DNA of 41,008 nucleotides from Candidatus Allobutyricicoccus pentlandensis (lineage in GTDB: Bacteria; Bacillota; Clostridia; Oscillospirales; QAMX01). Below, piece after piece: positions 28,785 through 37,748 of this stretch. A program made the position numbers and the translations under genes. How positions within the stretch are numbered: the first letter of the stretch is position 1; each line of letters begins with the position of its first letter. The notes under the pieces were generated by a model that was not told the origin of the DNA, searched no databases, and saw nothing but the letters and a program-made list of their open reading frames with translations. Location of the stretch: positions 1 to 41,008 of the forward strand of contig CAJFPH010000077.1 in NCBI GenBank assembly GCA_904398645.1, read 5' to 3'.

Positions 28785-28830
28785 GTAAACCATAAATTTG
28801 ATATAAACGAAAAAGGGAAGGGAAAGCACT

Positions 28831-29202
28831 ATGAAAACTTTAGCGGAACTCCAAGCAATCCGTGACAGTATGAAAGACAAAGTCTCCCTGCGCAACGGAA
28901 CTGCCGGCATGCGTGTGGTAGTTGGTATGGCTACCTGTGGTATTGCGGCGGGAGCCCGTCCTGTACTGAATGCGTTTGTGGAGGAAGTGAACAAGCAGGG
29001 CCTTACTGAGAAAGCTACCGTTACGCAGACCGGCTGTATCGGTATCTGTCAGTATGAGCCGGTCGTTGAAGTGTTTGAGGCTGGAAAGGATAAGGTCACT
29101 TATGTCAAGATGACCGCCGAGAAAGCCCGCCGCGTTGTTGAGGAGCACATCAAGGGCGGTAAAATCGTTCACGAGTATACGATTGGCGCGGCCCAGAACT
29201 AA
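28831..29202 (+). CDS. Thioredoxin-like (2Fe-2S) ferredoxin-domain protein
   Basis: VVGMATCGIAAGA...TGCIGICQYEP pattern. 123 aa. Strong RBS. Confidence 0.8.
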   Translation: MKTLAELQAIRDSMKDKVSLRNGTAGMRVVVGMATCGIAAGARPVLNAFVEEVNKQGLTEKATVTQTGCIGICQYEPVVEVFEAGKDKVTYVKMTAEKARRVVEEHIKGGKIVHEYTIGAAQN

Positions 29203-29220
29203 TTTGGAGGGGAAACCAAC

Positions 29221-31020
29221 ATGATACGTTCACATGTATTGATTTGCGGCGGTACCGGCTGTACCTCGTCGGGTAGCCAGAAGATCCGGGAGCACCTGGA
29301 AAACGAACTTGCGGCCAAGGGCCTTGCTGATGAAATCAAGGTAGTGCAGACCGGCTGTTTTGGCCTGTGCGCACTTGGTCCCATTATGATTGTCTATCCG
29401 GAGGGAACGTTCTATAGCCGCGTTACCAATGAGGATGTTTCCGAGATTGTAGAGGAGCACCTGTTAAAGGGCCGTCCTGTCGAACGCTTAATTTATAATG
29501 ACGGTGCGGAGAATGCGGCCAATGAGCACGGTGTCTCGTCGCTGAACGATACAAACTTTTATAAGTCTCAGAAGCGGGTTGCGCTGCGTAACTGCGGTGT
29601 AATTAATCCCGAGGTCATTGATGAGTACATAGCTCGCGACGGTTATATGGCACTTGCCAAGGTACTCACGGAGATGACGCCGGATGACGTCATCAATACA
29701 CTGCTTGCCTCCGGTTTGCGCGGCCGCGGCGGCGCGGGTTTCCCAACCGGTATGAAGTGGAAGTTTGCCAAGGCGTATGATAACGATCAGAAGTACGTCT
29801 GCTGCAACGCGGATGAGGGCGACCCCGGCGCATTCATGGATCGTTCCGTTCTTGAGGGCGACCCGCATGCGGTTTTGGAGGCTATGGCCATCGCCGGCTA
29901 TACCATTGGCGCAAATCAGGGTTATATTTATGTCCGTGCGGAGTATCCGATTGCTGTTCAGCGCCTGACCATTGCCATTGCACAGGCACGTGAATATGGC
30001 CTGCTCGGCAAAAATATTTTGGATACCGGGTTTGATTTTGATATTGATCTCCGTCTCGGCGCCGGTGCGTTCGTCTGTGGCGAAGAAACCGCGCTGATGA
30101 CTTCTATAGAAGGTAACCGCGGTGAACCGCGCCCACGTCCGCCGTTCCCGGCAGAAAAGGGCCTTTTCCAGAAACCTTCGATTTTGAACAATGTAGAAAC
30201 TTATGCGAATATTCCGCAGATTATCTTGAAAGGCGCCGACTGGTTTGCTTCCATGGGTACGGAAAAGTCCAAGGGTACCAAAGTCTTCGCGCTCGGCGGT
30301 AAGATCCATAATACGGGCCTCGTTGAGGTCCCGATGGGTACCACGCTCCGTCAGATCGTTGAGGACATCGGCGGCGGCATACCGAACGGCAAAAAGTTTA
30401 AGGCTGCGCAGACCGGCGGACCTTCCGGCGGATGTATCCCTGCCGAGCACCTGGATGTCCCGATTGACTACGATAATCTGACGGCCATCGGCTCTATGAT
30501 GGGATCCGGCGGCCTGATCGTCCTTGACGAGGACGACTGTATGGTTGATATTGCAAAGTTTTTCCTCGAATTCACCGTCGAGGAGTCTTGCGGTAAGTGC
30601 GCGCCTTGCCGTATCGGCACCAAGCGCCTATATGAAATTCTCGATAAAATTACGAGAGGCAACGGCACGTTAGAAGATCTGGACAAGCTCGAGGAGCTCT
30701 GCTATCACATCAAGGCCAACTCCCTCTGCGGACTTGGACAGACCGCTCCGAACCCCATACTCTCCACGCTGCGTTACTTCCGCGACGAGTATATTGCACA
30801 CGTCGTTGAGAAGCGCTGCCCGGCGGGCGTCTGTAAGCACCTGCTGCGCTACACAATCGATCCCGATAAGTGCCGTGGCTGTACGGCCTGCGCCAGAGTA
30901 TGTCCGGCGGAAGCCATTACCGGCCGTGTCAAGGAAGCCCACGTCATCGATCCTGAGAAGTGCCTGAAGTGTGGCGCCTGTATGGAGAAGTGTAAGTTCG
31001 GCGCGATATCGAAAAAGTAA
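29221..31020 (+). CDS. hydB: NuoF-like flavoprotein subunit of electron-bifurcating-type [FeFe]-hydrogenase
   Basis: N-terminal 2Fe-2S domain, GRGGAGFPTGMKW FMN/NADH site, ESCGKCAPCR N3-type cluster and two C-terminal CxxCxxCxxxCP ferredoxin motifs. Confidence 0.9.
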   Translation: MIRSHVLICGGTGCTSSGSQKIREHLENELAAKGLADEIKVVQTGCFGLCALGPIMIVYPEGTFYSRVTNEDVSEIVEEHLLKGRPVERLIYNDGAENAANEHGVSSLNDTNFYKSQKRVALRNCGVINPEVIDEYIARDGYMALAKVLTEMTPDDVINTLLASGLRGRGGAGFPTGMKWKFAKAYDNDQKYVCCNADEGDPGAFMDRSVLEGDPHAVLEAMAIAGYTIGANQGYIYVRAEYPIAVQRLTIAIAQAREYGLLGKNILDTGFDFDIDLRLGAGAFVCGEETALMTSIEGNRGEPRPRPPFPAEKGLFQKPSILNNVETYANIPQIILKGADWFASMGTEKSKGTKVFALGGKIHNTGLVEVPMGTTLRQIVEDIGGGIPNGKKFKAAQTGGPSGGCIPAEHLDVPIDYDNLTAIGSMMGSGGLIVLDEDDCMVDIAKFFLEFTVEESCGKCAPCRIGTKRLYEILDKITRGNGTLEDLDKLEELCYHIKANSLCGLGQTAPNPILSTLRYFRDEYIAHVVEKRCPAGVCKHLLRYTIDPDKCRGCTACARVCPAEAITGRVKEAHVIDPEKCLKCGACMEKCKFGAISKK

Positions 31021-31035
31021 GGAGGGACGTACACA

Positions 31036-32778
31036 ATGGATACCGTAAAAGTTAAAATTAACGGCATAGAAGTCGACGCCCCGGTAGGCTCGACCATCTT
31101 GGAAGCCGCACACATGGCCGGCATTCGGATTCCGACGCTGTGCTACTTGAAGGGAATTAACGCGATTGGCGCCTGCCGTATGTGCCTGGTTGAGGTAAAA
31201 GGCGCGCGTGCGTTGGCCGCCGCCTGCGTTTATCCTGTGAATAACGGCATGGAGGTTTTTACAAATACTCCTGCGCTTCGCAAGGCGAGAAAGACCACCC
31301 TGGAGCTGATTCTCTCGAATCACCGTATGGATTGCCTTTCCTGTCCGCGCAACGGAAACTGCGAGCTGGCAACTCTCGCAAAAGAGTATGGCGTAGATCA
31401 GTATAAATATGGCGATGGACGTGAAATCCCGGTAGAACTTGACACTTCCTCGCCGCACCTGATCCGCGACAATTCCAAATGTATCCTCTGCCGCCGCTGT
31501 GAGGCCGTTTGCCGTTCGAATCAGCTTGTGTCTGTAATCGGTGCAAATGAACGCGGCTTCCGGACGCATATTGGCAGCCCGTTTGAGATGGACCTCGCCG
31601 AAACACCCTGTATCAACTGCGGCCAGTGCATTACGGTTTGCCCGACCGGCGCCTTGCAGCCAAAGGACGACACCGGGAAAGTGTGGGATGCGATCGCCGA
31701 CCCGTCAAAACATGTCGTCGTTGGACCTGCTCCTTCTGTCCGTGCCCAGCTTGGCGAATGCTTTGGCATGCCGATCGGCACGAATGTCGAAGGAAAGATG
31801 GTTGCCGCGCTTCGCCGCCTTGGATTTGACAAGGTGTTTGACGTGGACACGGCGGCTGATATGACCATCATGGAAGAGGGAACAGAACTTCTTGAGCGCA
31901 TCCAAAACGGTGGAACGCTCCCGCTGATTACATCGTGTTCTCCCGGTTGGGTGAAATTCTGCGAGACATATTATCCGGAGTTTATTCCGAATATTTCTTC
32001 CTGTAAATCTCCGCAGCAGATGTACGGCGCGTTAATGAAAACGTATTATGCTGAAAAGACCGGCCTTGATCCAAAGGATATTTTTGTCGTTTCCGTCATG
32101 CCGTGCACAGCAAAGAAGTTTGAGATTGGCCGTGAGGATCAAAGCGCTTCGGGTTATCCGGACATTGATGTTTCCATCACGACGGTGGAACTTGCTAACA
32201 TGATTAAGCGTGCGGGCATTCAGTTCGACGCCTTGCCTGACGAGGAGTTCGATCCGGTATTCGGTATCGGCACCGGTGCTGGTCACATCTTTGGGGCAAC
32301 CGGCGGCGTTATGGAGGCTGCATTGCGTACTGTGTATGAAGTGGTAACTGGCAATACTTCGCCAAATGTGGACTATACAGAGGTTCGCGGCACGGAGGAT
32401 ATCAAGGAAGCTACCTATGATATCGGTGGGATGAAGGTCAATGTCGCAGTTACCTCCGGTCTTGCCAATGCTGCAAAACTTCTTGACAGCGTAAAGTCCG
32501 GTGAGAAGAATTATCACTTTATTGAAGTCATGTGCTGCCCAGGCGGCTGTGTCAATGGCGGTGGTCAGCCCGATCAGCCCGGCTACGTCCGTAACTTCCA
32601 GGATCTCCGTGCCTTGCGTGCGAAGGCCCTGTATCAGGAGGACGAAGCTTCTACCTTCCGTAAGAGTCATGAAAATCCGGTCGTCAAGGAGATCTATAGT
32701 ACGTACCTTGAGAAACCCGGCAGCCACAAGGCGCATGAAATCCTCCATACTTCCTATGTGGCAAGAAAGAAATATTAA
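31036..32778 (+). CDS. hydA: [FeFe]-hydrogenase catalytic subunit (group A3-like, NADH-dependent)
   Basis: N-terminal 2Fe-2S plus His-ligated and 2x[4Fe-4S] domains. H-cluster motifs MPCTAKKFE and EVMCCPGGCVNGGGQP. The L1 motif reads TSCSPGW. Confidence 0.9.
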   Translation: MDTVKVKINGIEVDAPVGSTILEAAHMAGIRIPTLCYLKGINAIGACRMCLVEVKGARALAAACVYPVNNGMEVFTNTPALRKARKTTLELILSNHRMDCLSCPRNGNCELATLAKEYGVDQYKYGDGREIPVELDTSSPHLIRDNSKCILCRRCEAVCRSNQLVSVIGANERGFRTHIGSPFEMDLAETPCINCGQCITVCPTGALQPKDDTGKVWDAIADPSKHVVVGPAPSVRAQLGECFGMPIGTNVEGKMVAALRRLGFDKVFDVDTAADMTIMEEGTELLERIQNGGTLPLITSCSPGWVKFCETYYPEFIPNISSCKSPQQMYGALMKTYYAEKTGLDPKDIFVVSVMPCTAKKFEIGREDQSASGYPDIDVSITTVELANMIKRAGIQFDALPDEEFDPVFGIGTGAGHIFGATGGVMEAALRTVYEVVTGNTSPNVDYTEVRGTEDIKEATYDIGGMKVNVAVTSGLANAAKLLDSVKSGEKNYHFIEVMCCPGGCVNGGGQPDQPGYVRNFQDLRALRAKALYQEDEASTFRKSHENPVVKEIYSTYLEKPGSHKAHEILHTSYVARKKY

Positions 32779-32900
32779 GCGCTGACATTCTCTGCGTATT
32801 GTAAAAAGCACAACGGGGCCTGCGTCTTCTAGGACGTGGGCCCTTATTTTCAGGCGTACAGCAAGTAGAGCCGGCTTTCGTGAGATGTAATTTGTAAGAA

Positions 32901-32932
32901 ACACCCCCGGACGTACATTCATCCGGGGGTGT
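32901..32932. terminator. Strong hairpin between convergent hydA and the adhesin gene
   Basis: ACACCCCCGGA-CGTACATTCA-TCCGGGGGTGT, 10 nt from the adhesin stop. A weaker hairpin plus T-tract lies at ~32813-32848, directly after hydA. Confidence 0.8.
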
Positions 32933-32942
32933 TCTGTGTGCG

Positions 32943-35900
32943 TTATTTTGTTTCTGAATCAGCTTCATTTTTGCGGCGCCCTTTTAAAAGGAGGACGGTA
33001 AGCGCGGCAGAGGATAGTGCCAAAACACCTGCCCACAGAATCCACTCGCTGGAATCTCCGGTTTTTGGAATATCTGCAAGCGGCACATCTTCATCGAAAA
33101 TGTTAATCAACCCGTTGCCGTCTGCAAGCGGCACATTTTCGTCTACGATATCGGTCAGGCCGTTATCTTCTTCGGAGGAATTTCCCTCATTGGCAGCGCC
33201 GGCTAAATCGCCGCCGTCTGTAAGAGGCACATCCTCATCCGGAATGTCTTCTATATCCTGGTCCAGATCGTTTCCGGGCTCCGGTTCCGCTTCAGAGTCC
33301 TGACCGTCAGGCTGTTCGGGGTCCGGATTTGTTGAAGGAATCGTGTCGGGATCGCTCGGATCTGTGTCCGGAATGTTGTTTACCGTTACATAATAGACGC
33401 GTATGACGTTGCTGCCCGGGTCAGAGGTGATGGTCAACGGGAAATTCGAAGCGCCGGTATAGTGGGAATTGAGGCCATACTTATGTGTGAAGCTGTCGAT
33501 GACATCTCCGAAAGTTGCCGTTCCATATTCCGTGGCGCCGTCGTCACGTACGCCGTCATAGTAGTACTCAACGCGATAGCCAAACTCGCCCTTCACATAG
33601 TAAACACGGATGACATTATTGGCCGGGTCCGTATCTACGGTCAGCGGCGCTGTGTCATGATCAAATATATATCCATCCGCTGCTTTATCCGGATAAGTGC
33701 TGATAGAATCGTGGAACTTTGCGGTCCCCGTCACAGTGGCACGGTCATCTCGAATGCCATCGTAGTAATATTCCACGGTGTAGGTATAGTCCGAACGGAT
33801 ATAATAAACGCGGATGATATTTTCATCTGTGTTGCTGGTAATGTTTAGCGGGAGACCGGTAACGGTTTCAAGCTCGTAGCCGGTGCGTGTTTTATCCGTA
33901 TAGGATGAGATGGTATCGTGGAAAGTGGCAGTGAATGAATCCGTTTTGGATGTGTCGATCACACCGTCGTAGTAATATTCGACCTTGTAACCAAAGGAAT
34001 CTTTGACATAGTAGATTCTGATAACATTATTGTCTGCGTTTGCAGTTACCGTCATGGGAAGATTTTCAGTCTTGTCAAGTTTGTAACCATCAATCTTCTT
34101 GTCGGGGTAAGTCGAGACCTGTGTGCCGAACGTTTCTGCGGCGCCGATGACCGTCTTGGTATCATCCTTTACGCCGTCATAGTAATACTCAACGGTGTAT
34201 GCGTACTGTCCCTTGACATAATAGATGCTAATAACATTATTCTCTTCGTTCGAGGATATGGTCAGCGGGAGATTTTTTTCACCATTTTCAGCAAGCACGT
34301 ACCCATCGCGAAGCTTTGCAGAGTAGGTGGAGATCTTCTCGCCGAAGGTTGCCGTTCCGGTAACGGTTGCCGCGTCGTCGCGCACGCCATCATAGTAATA
34401 CTCAACTTTGTAACCAAAGGAATCCTTCACGTAATAGACGCTGAGCACATTCTGCGATACATCTGTGCCAATGACCAGTGGCGCGGTATCACGGTCAAAC
34501 TTATAGCCGTCGATCTTCTGATCCGGATAAGTAGCAATGCTTGCGCCATATGCGGCGGACAACGTCTGTGTTTTGCTGTTGTCAATCACACCGTCGTAAT
34601 AGTAGTGAATGGTATAGTCGTAGCTCTTATAAGAGGTTTGACCGTATACGTTAACGTTGTCGGCGGGCATGACATCAGGGATTGTCGCACTTGTCGTATA
34701 GCTGGAGTCGGAATACCAGCCGGAAAACGTCAAATATGTTTCCGAAGGCGCATAGGTATATGCCGTAACGCTTTGCCCTGCATAATAGGAATCTGTGTGA
34801 ACGACTACACCATCGACGTAATACGTAATGGCGTACTGCGTCTCAGGCGTATATGTCCAGATGCCCGTAAAGACAACGCCGGATTCTGACATGACGGCGG
34901 AGGTCTGGTTCCAGGAAGTAAGCCTCCAGGTGCCGACCGTCACACCGTTTTCCGTGACAGTATAAGTTGTATCAATCGCCGGAGCCTTGTCGGAGAGAAA
35001 AACGGTTGCGCCTGCAAGGTACGTATTGGTATCCGAAACCTGGAATTCGCCGCTCTGTGTGGAGATCGCCGCAGGCAGAGAGCCGGAGGCTGCGGTATAT
35101 TGATACGCAACGCTGTAAGTTGGAAGTTTATTGTAGTAAAATTTCAAAACAAGGCTGCCATCGCCCGCAATGGTGCCGGACGCCATGTTGTTTGCATGAT
35201 CTTCGTCAAATACATAGCCGTTGTATGTTTTTGGACTTGCCGTTGCTGTGGAACCTGTTGTCCCGGACTGTGTATTTGACTCATGAAGCGCATAGGAGCC
35301 TGAACCGGACGCTGTCTCCAGATAGTGCGCTACGGTATATTTGGTGTCGCTGTTCGGGGTCCACTGCGCGTAAAGGGTTGTGGTTTCAGAAATATAGAAG
35401 GATGAATTAACGCTGAAGCTGGTTCCGTCACCGGTTGCCGTTGAATTCCACCCCGTGAATGTGTAACCAGGACGAGAGAGCGTACCGGGCCCCTCAACGG
35501 TTACCGCAGCGCCTTCGACGTACTGTCTCCCGATTGGCGGCTCACCGTTGTAATCCGTGCAGTTGGGGTGATAATACAGATTGATTTTTGCCTTATCCAG
35601 AACAACACCGTCAATGTGCCATCCGTCGGTGTTGTCATACTTAATGACATACCATTCGATATACTGAGTCGCCGGGTCATAGGCCGAATATACCTTTTTA
35701 ATTTGCGCAGAAGTCGGAACGCTATTTAAATTTTGGCTGACGGCAGCGTTTCCCGAAGTAAAAACGCCGCTCTTAATTACATTTTGAATGGTAATACCTG
35801 CGGTATATTGGCTGGAAGGGTATTTTCCAGGTTCATATGGAATTTGACCATCCAGACGAATATAAAAGGTACCGGTTACATTTTGAGGCGCCTGAGAATA

Positions 35901-36926
35901 GGTGAGAATGGAAGCCGGGGTCACGGTTACATAGTAGGTCGTAGTATGTAGCGTGCCGTCCTTCTCATAAGAGTGCGTAATAACGGTTTCGCCTTCCTTC
36001 ACACCTGTCACAGTACCTGCAAGTACAGTGGCAATCGTTTCATCCGAGGAGGTCCAGCTTTCATTTGTGAGATTGCTTGTATCGGAAAACTGTACGGCAA
36101 GTTCGGCGCTCTCGCCAACGACTACTTCGACAGTCTCCTCATGGACGACAGGTTCAGGCGTATTTTTGCTCCATTTTGCATAGAACGTTGCGCTGCCGGA
36201 GAGCGCGGAGAGGTCGGCAGGCGTGGTAAATCCGGCGTCTGCATACCAGCCGTCAAACACGTACCCTTCATAAGAAATTTCCGGAAAGTCGGACGGCGCC
36301 GGGAACTGATCTGGTAACGCCGGAACGACGTAAACCTGGATATCCTCGCTGCCGTTATTCGAGATAAAAGTTACGGTGTAATAGGAATATGTGGTTTCTT
36401 TCCAGGTATAGCAGGTATCATAATGCGCTGCCTTTCCGCACTGGGGCTCTGCTGAACGATAACATGTCTCCGTGTGCGTATGACCGGTGCCGCTGCATGC
36501 GTCCGTATGCGTGTGGTTCTCCTCCATGGCACAGGTGAGATAACCATAGAAGCCGGTGTCTCCAGCCTCCACCAGCACGCAAGCGCCTGTGTGCTTACCG
36601 TTGTCGTCATAGTGATCCGGGTTTGTGTCTGGCGTGCATACCGTGTAACAGCCGCTATCATGCGTATGATTTTCAGGAATCGCACATGGGGATGATTCCT
36701 GACCACACAGCGGTGCTTCGCTGATATAGCACTCCGCTGCGTGTACATGGTGCGTTTCGTCTGTGCAGATAAGCTCCTGTGTCCAGACATGATAAAGCCC
36801 ATCCTCGGCAAATGTATTTTCATACGAGGCTTCGCCGGTGGCCAAAGTCTTCCACGACGCGGCGTATGTAATTACCATGGAGAGAACAAGGATAAGGGAG
36901 AGCGTCTTCTTAAATGTTTTAACCAT
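32943..36926 (-). CDS. Large sortase-anchored cell-surface adhesin (InlB-B/Listeria-Bacteroides repeats, Big_2-like domain, MucBP-like repeats)
   Basis: Signal peptide MVKTFKKTLSLILVLSMVITYAAS. Three GY-x-F-x-GW...YA-x-W repeats. Big_2-like WTSSDETIATV...GVKEGETVIT. Six ~70-aa YxVEYYYDG repeats. C-terminal IPKTG, then a hydrophobic helix and a KGRRK tail. Confidence 0.9.
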   Translation of the reverse strand: MVKTFKKTLSLILVLSMVITYAASWKTLATGEASYENTFAEDGLYHVWTQELICTDETHHVHAAECYISEAPLCGQESSPCAIPENHTHDSGCYTVCTPDTNPDHYDDNGKHTGACVLVEAGDTGFYGYLTCAMEENHTHTDACSGTGHTHTETCYRSAEPQCGKAAHYDTCYTWKETTYSYYTVTFISNNGSEDIQVYVVPALPDQFPAPSDFPEISYEGYVFDGWYADAGFTTPADLSALSGSATFYAKWSKNTPEPVVHEETVEVVVGESAELAVQFSDTSNLTNESWTSSDETIATVLAGTVTGVKEGETVITHSYEKDGTLHTTTYYVTVTPASILTYSQAPQNVTGTFYIRLDGQIPYEPGKYPSSQYTAGITIQNVIKSGVFTSGNAAVSQNLNSVPTSAQIKKVYSAYDPATQYIEWYVIKYDNTDGWHIDGVVLDKAKINLYYHPNCTDYNGEPPIGRQYVEGAAVTVEGPGTLSRPGYTFTGWNSTATGDGTSFSVNSSFYISETTTLYAQWTPNSDTKYTVAHYLETASGSGSYALHESNTQSGTTGSTATASPKTYNGYVFDEDHANNMASGTIAGDGSLVLKFYYNKLPTYSVAYQYTAASGSLPAAISTQSGEFQVSDTNTYLAGATVFLSDKAPAIDTTYTVTENGVTVGTWRLTSWNQTSAVMSESGVVFTGIWTYTPETQYAITYYVDGVVVHTDSYYAGQSVTAYTYAPSETYLTFSGWYSDSSYTTSATIPDVMPADNVNVYGQTSYKSYDYTIHYYYDGVIDNSKTQTLSAAYGASIATYPDQKIDGYKFDRDTAPLVIGTDVSQNVLSVYYVKDSFGYKVEYYYDGVRDDAATVTGTATFGEKISTYSAKLRDGYVLAENGEKNLPLTISSNEENNVISIYYVKGQYAYTVEYYYDGVKDDTKTVIGAAETFGTQVSTYPDKKIDGYKLDKTENLPMTVTANADNNVIRIYYVKDSFGYKVEYYYDGVIDTSKTDSFTATFHDTISSYTDKTRTGYELETVTGLPLNITSNTDENIIRVYYIRSDYTYTVEYYYDGIRDDRATVTGTAKFHDSISTYPDKAADGYIFDHDTAPLTVDTDPANNVIRVYYVKGEFGYRVEYYYDGVRDDGATEYGTATFGDVIDSFTHKYGLNSHYTGASNFPLTITSDPGSNVIRVYYVTVNNIPDTDPSDPDTIPSTNPDPEQPDGQDSEAEPEPGNDLDQDIEDIPDEDVPLTDGGDLAGAANEGNSSEEDNGLTDIVDENVPLADGNGLINIFDEDVPLADIPKTGDSSEWILWAGVLALSSAALTVLLLKGRRKNEADSETK
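33375..34622 (-). repeat. Six tandem ~207-nt (~69-aa) coding repeats, MucBP-like
   Basis: Each unit reads Y-x-[VI]-[EH]-YYYDG[VI]-x-D...[FY]G/FHD-x-I-[SA]-[TS]-[YF]...GY...PL...NV[IL][RS][VI]YY[VI][KRT]. Confidence 0.85.
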
Positions 36927-36961
36927 AACCTGTTTCCTTTCTTACTATATATTTCATCAAA

Positions 36962-37408
36962 CTATTTTGAACCAGCCTGAATACCGGATTGATTGCTGTA
37001 CGACAAAACACCATCCATCAGCTTCAGCATTTCCAAAACACTTCGGAATGGCATAATCTCTGCCCGATCCACCCAGGCTAAAGTACCCTGCCAACTTGCA
37101 TGTTGTCGAAAGAGTACACGCAGTTTGAAAACCGCGAGCGGAGACTGTTGCCGGTGCTGCCCGTTCCAGATAACTGTGGACGGTCTGGCCTTAAAACACC
37201 GGGAGGCCATGGCCGCTTGTGGATAATTGAGCGAGTCAAGCATTTGATCGAGAATCAGAAGCAGTTCGGTTGCACTGTCAAATGAAATTTTTCTGTCACA
37301 AAAGGGATTTTGAATTGTTCCGACCGGATTTTTATGTTCATAGGAAACGATTTCAATCATAGAAATTTTTACGTCGTTTGGAACATAACGAATTGGCGTC
37401 AACGGCAC
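36962..37408 (-). CDS. Hypothetical protein, no recognisable domain
   Basis: ORF is open to 37453 (a TTG). AGGAGGTG lies 5 nt before the GTG at 37408. It ends 35 nt upstream of the adhesin start on the same strand. Notable motif: FKLRVLFRQHASWQGTLAWVD...FRSVLEMLKLMD. Confidence 0.6.
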   Translation of the reverse strand: MPLTPIRYVPNDVKISMIEIVSYEHKNPVGTIQNPFCDRKISFDSATELLLILDQMLDSLNYPQAAMASRCFKARPSTVIWNGQHRQQSPLAVFKLRVLFRQHASWQGTLAWVDRAEIMPFRSVLEMLKLMDGVLSYSNQSGIQAGSK

Positions 37409-37490
37409 GGAGCCACCTCCTGTCGCCCGTAAAGTCTGAATGTAGTGTAACAAGGGACCGTTATTTTTCGGTTACATTTCAACACCTTCA

Positions 37491-37748
37491 TTAAAAAATT
37501 TTCTGGTGCCAATGCCCGCCACGATATGCTTTAAATTGTGCGGCAAAAAGATACCAAACAATCAGATCCGTGTGTGTGGATACAATCAGATTTTCAAATT
37601 TTCCGGTATGATGTGTCGCGGCGGAAAACTGTATATTTACGCTTTGTAAAGAAGCTTTAGCATAACGAATGCTTTCAATAGCCTGTCGTGTTGTCACAAA
37701 GAGTAAAACGGAGATTTTTTGTAACAATAAATTACAATGGTTGTACAT
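37491..37748 (-). CDS. Possible small hypothetical protein (85 aa) or part of a long 5' leader
   Basis: Open frame with unbiased composition in a lower-GC stretch, but no convincing RBS before the ATG at 37748 and no recognisable family. Confidence 0.25.
   Translation of the reverse strand: MYNHCNLLLQKISVLLFVTTRQAIESIRYAKASLQSVNIQFSAATHHTGKFENLIVSTHTDLIVWYLFAAQFKAYRGGHWHQKIF

Noticed and set aside
29488-32922. Three long - strand ORFs (320, 299 and 296 aa) across hydB and hydA
   Set aside because: They are antisense shadows of strongly conserved hydrogenase genes. Their composition is Arg/Ala-rich and low-complexity, and they have no start context.
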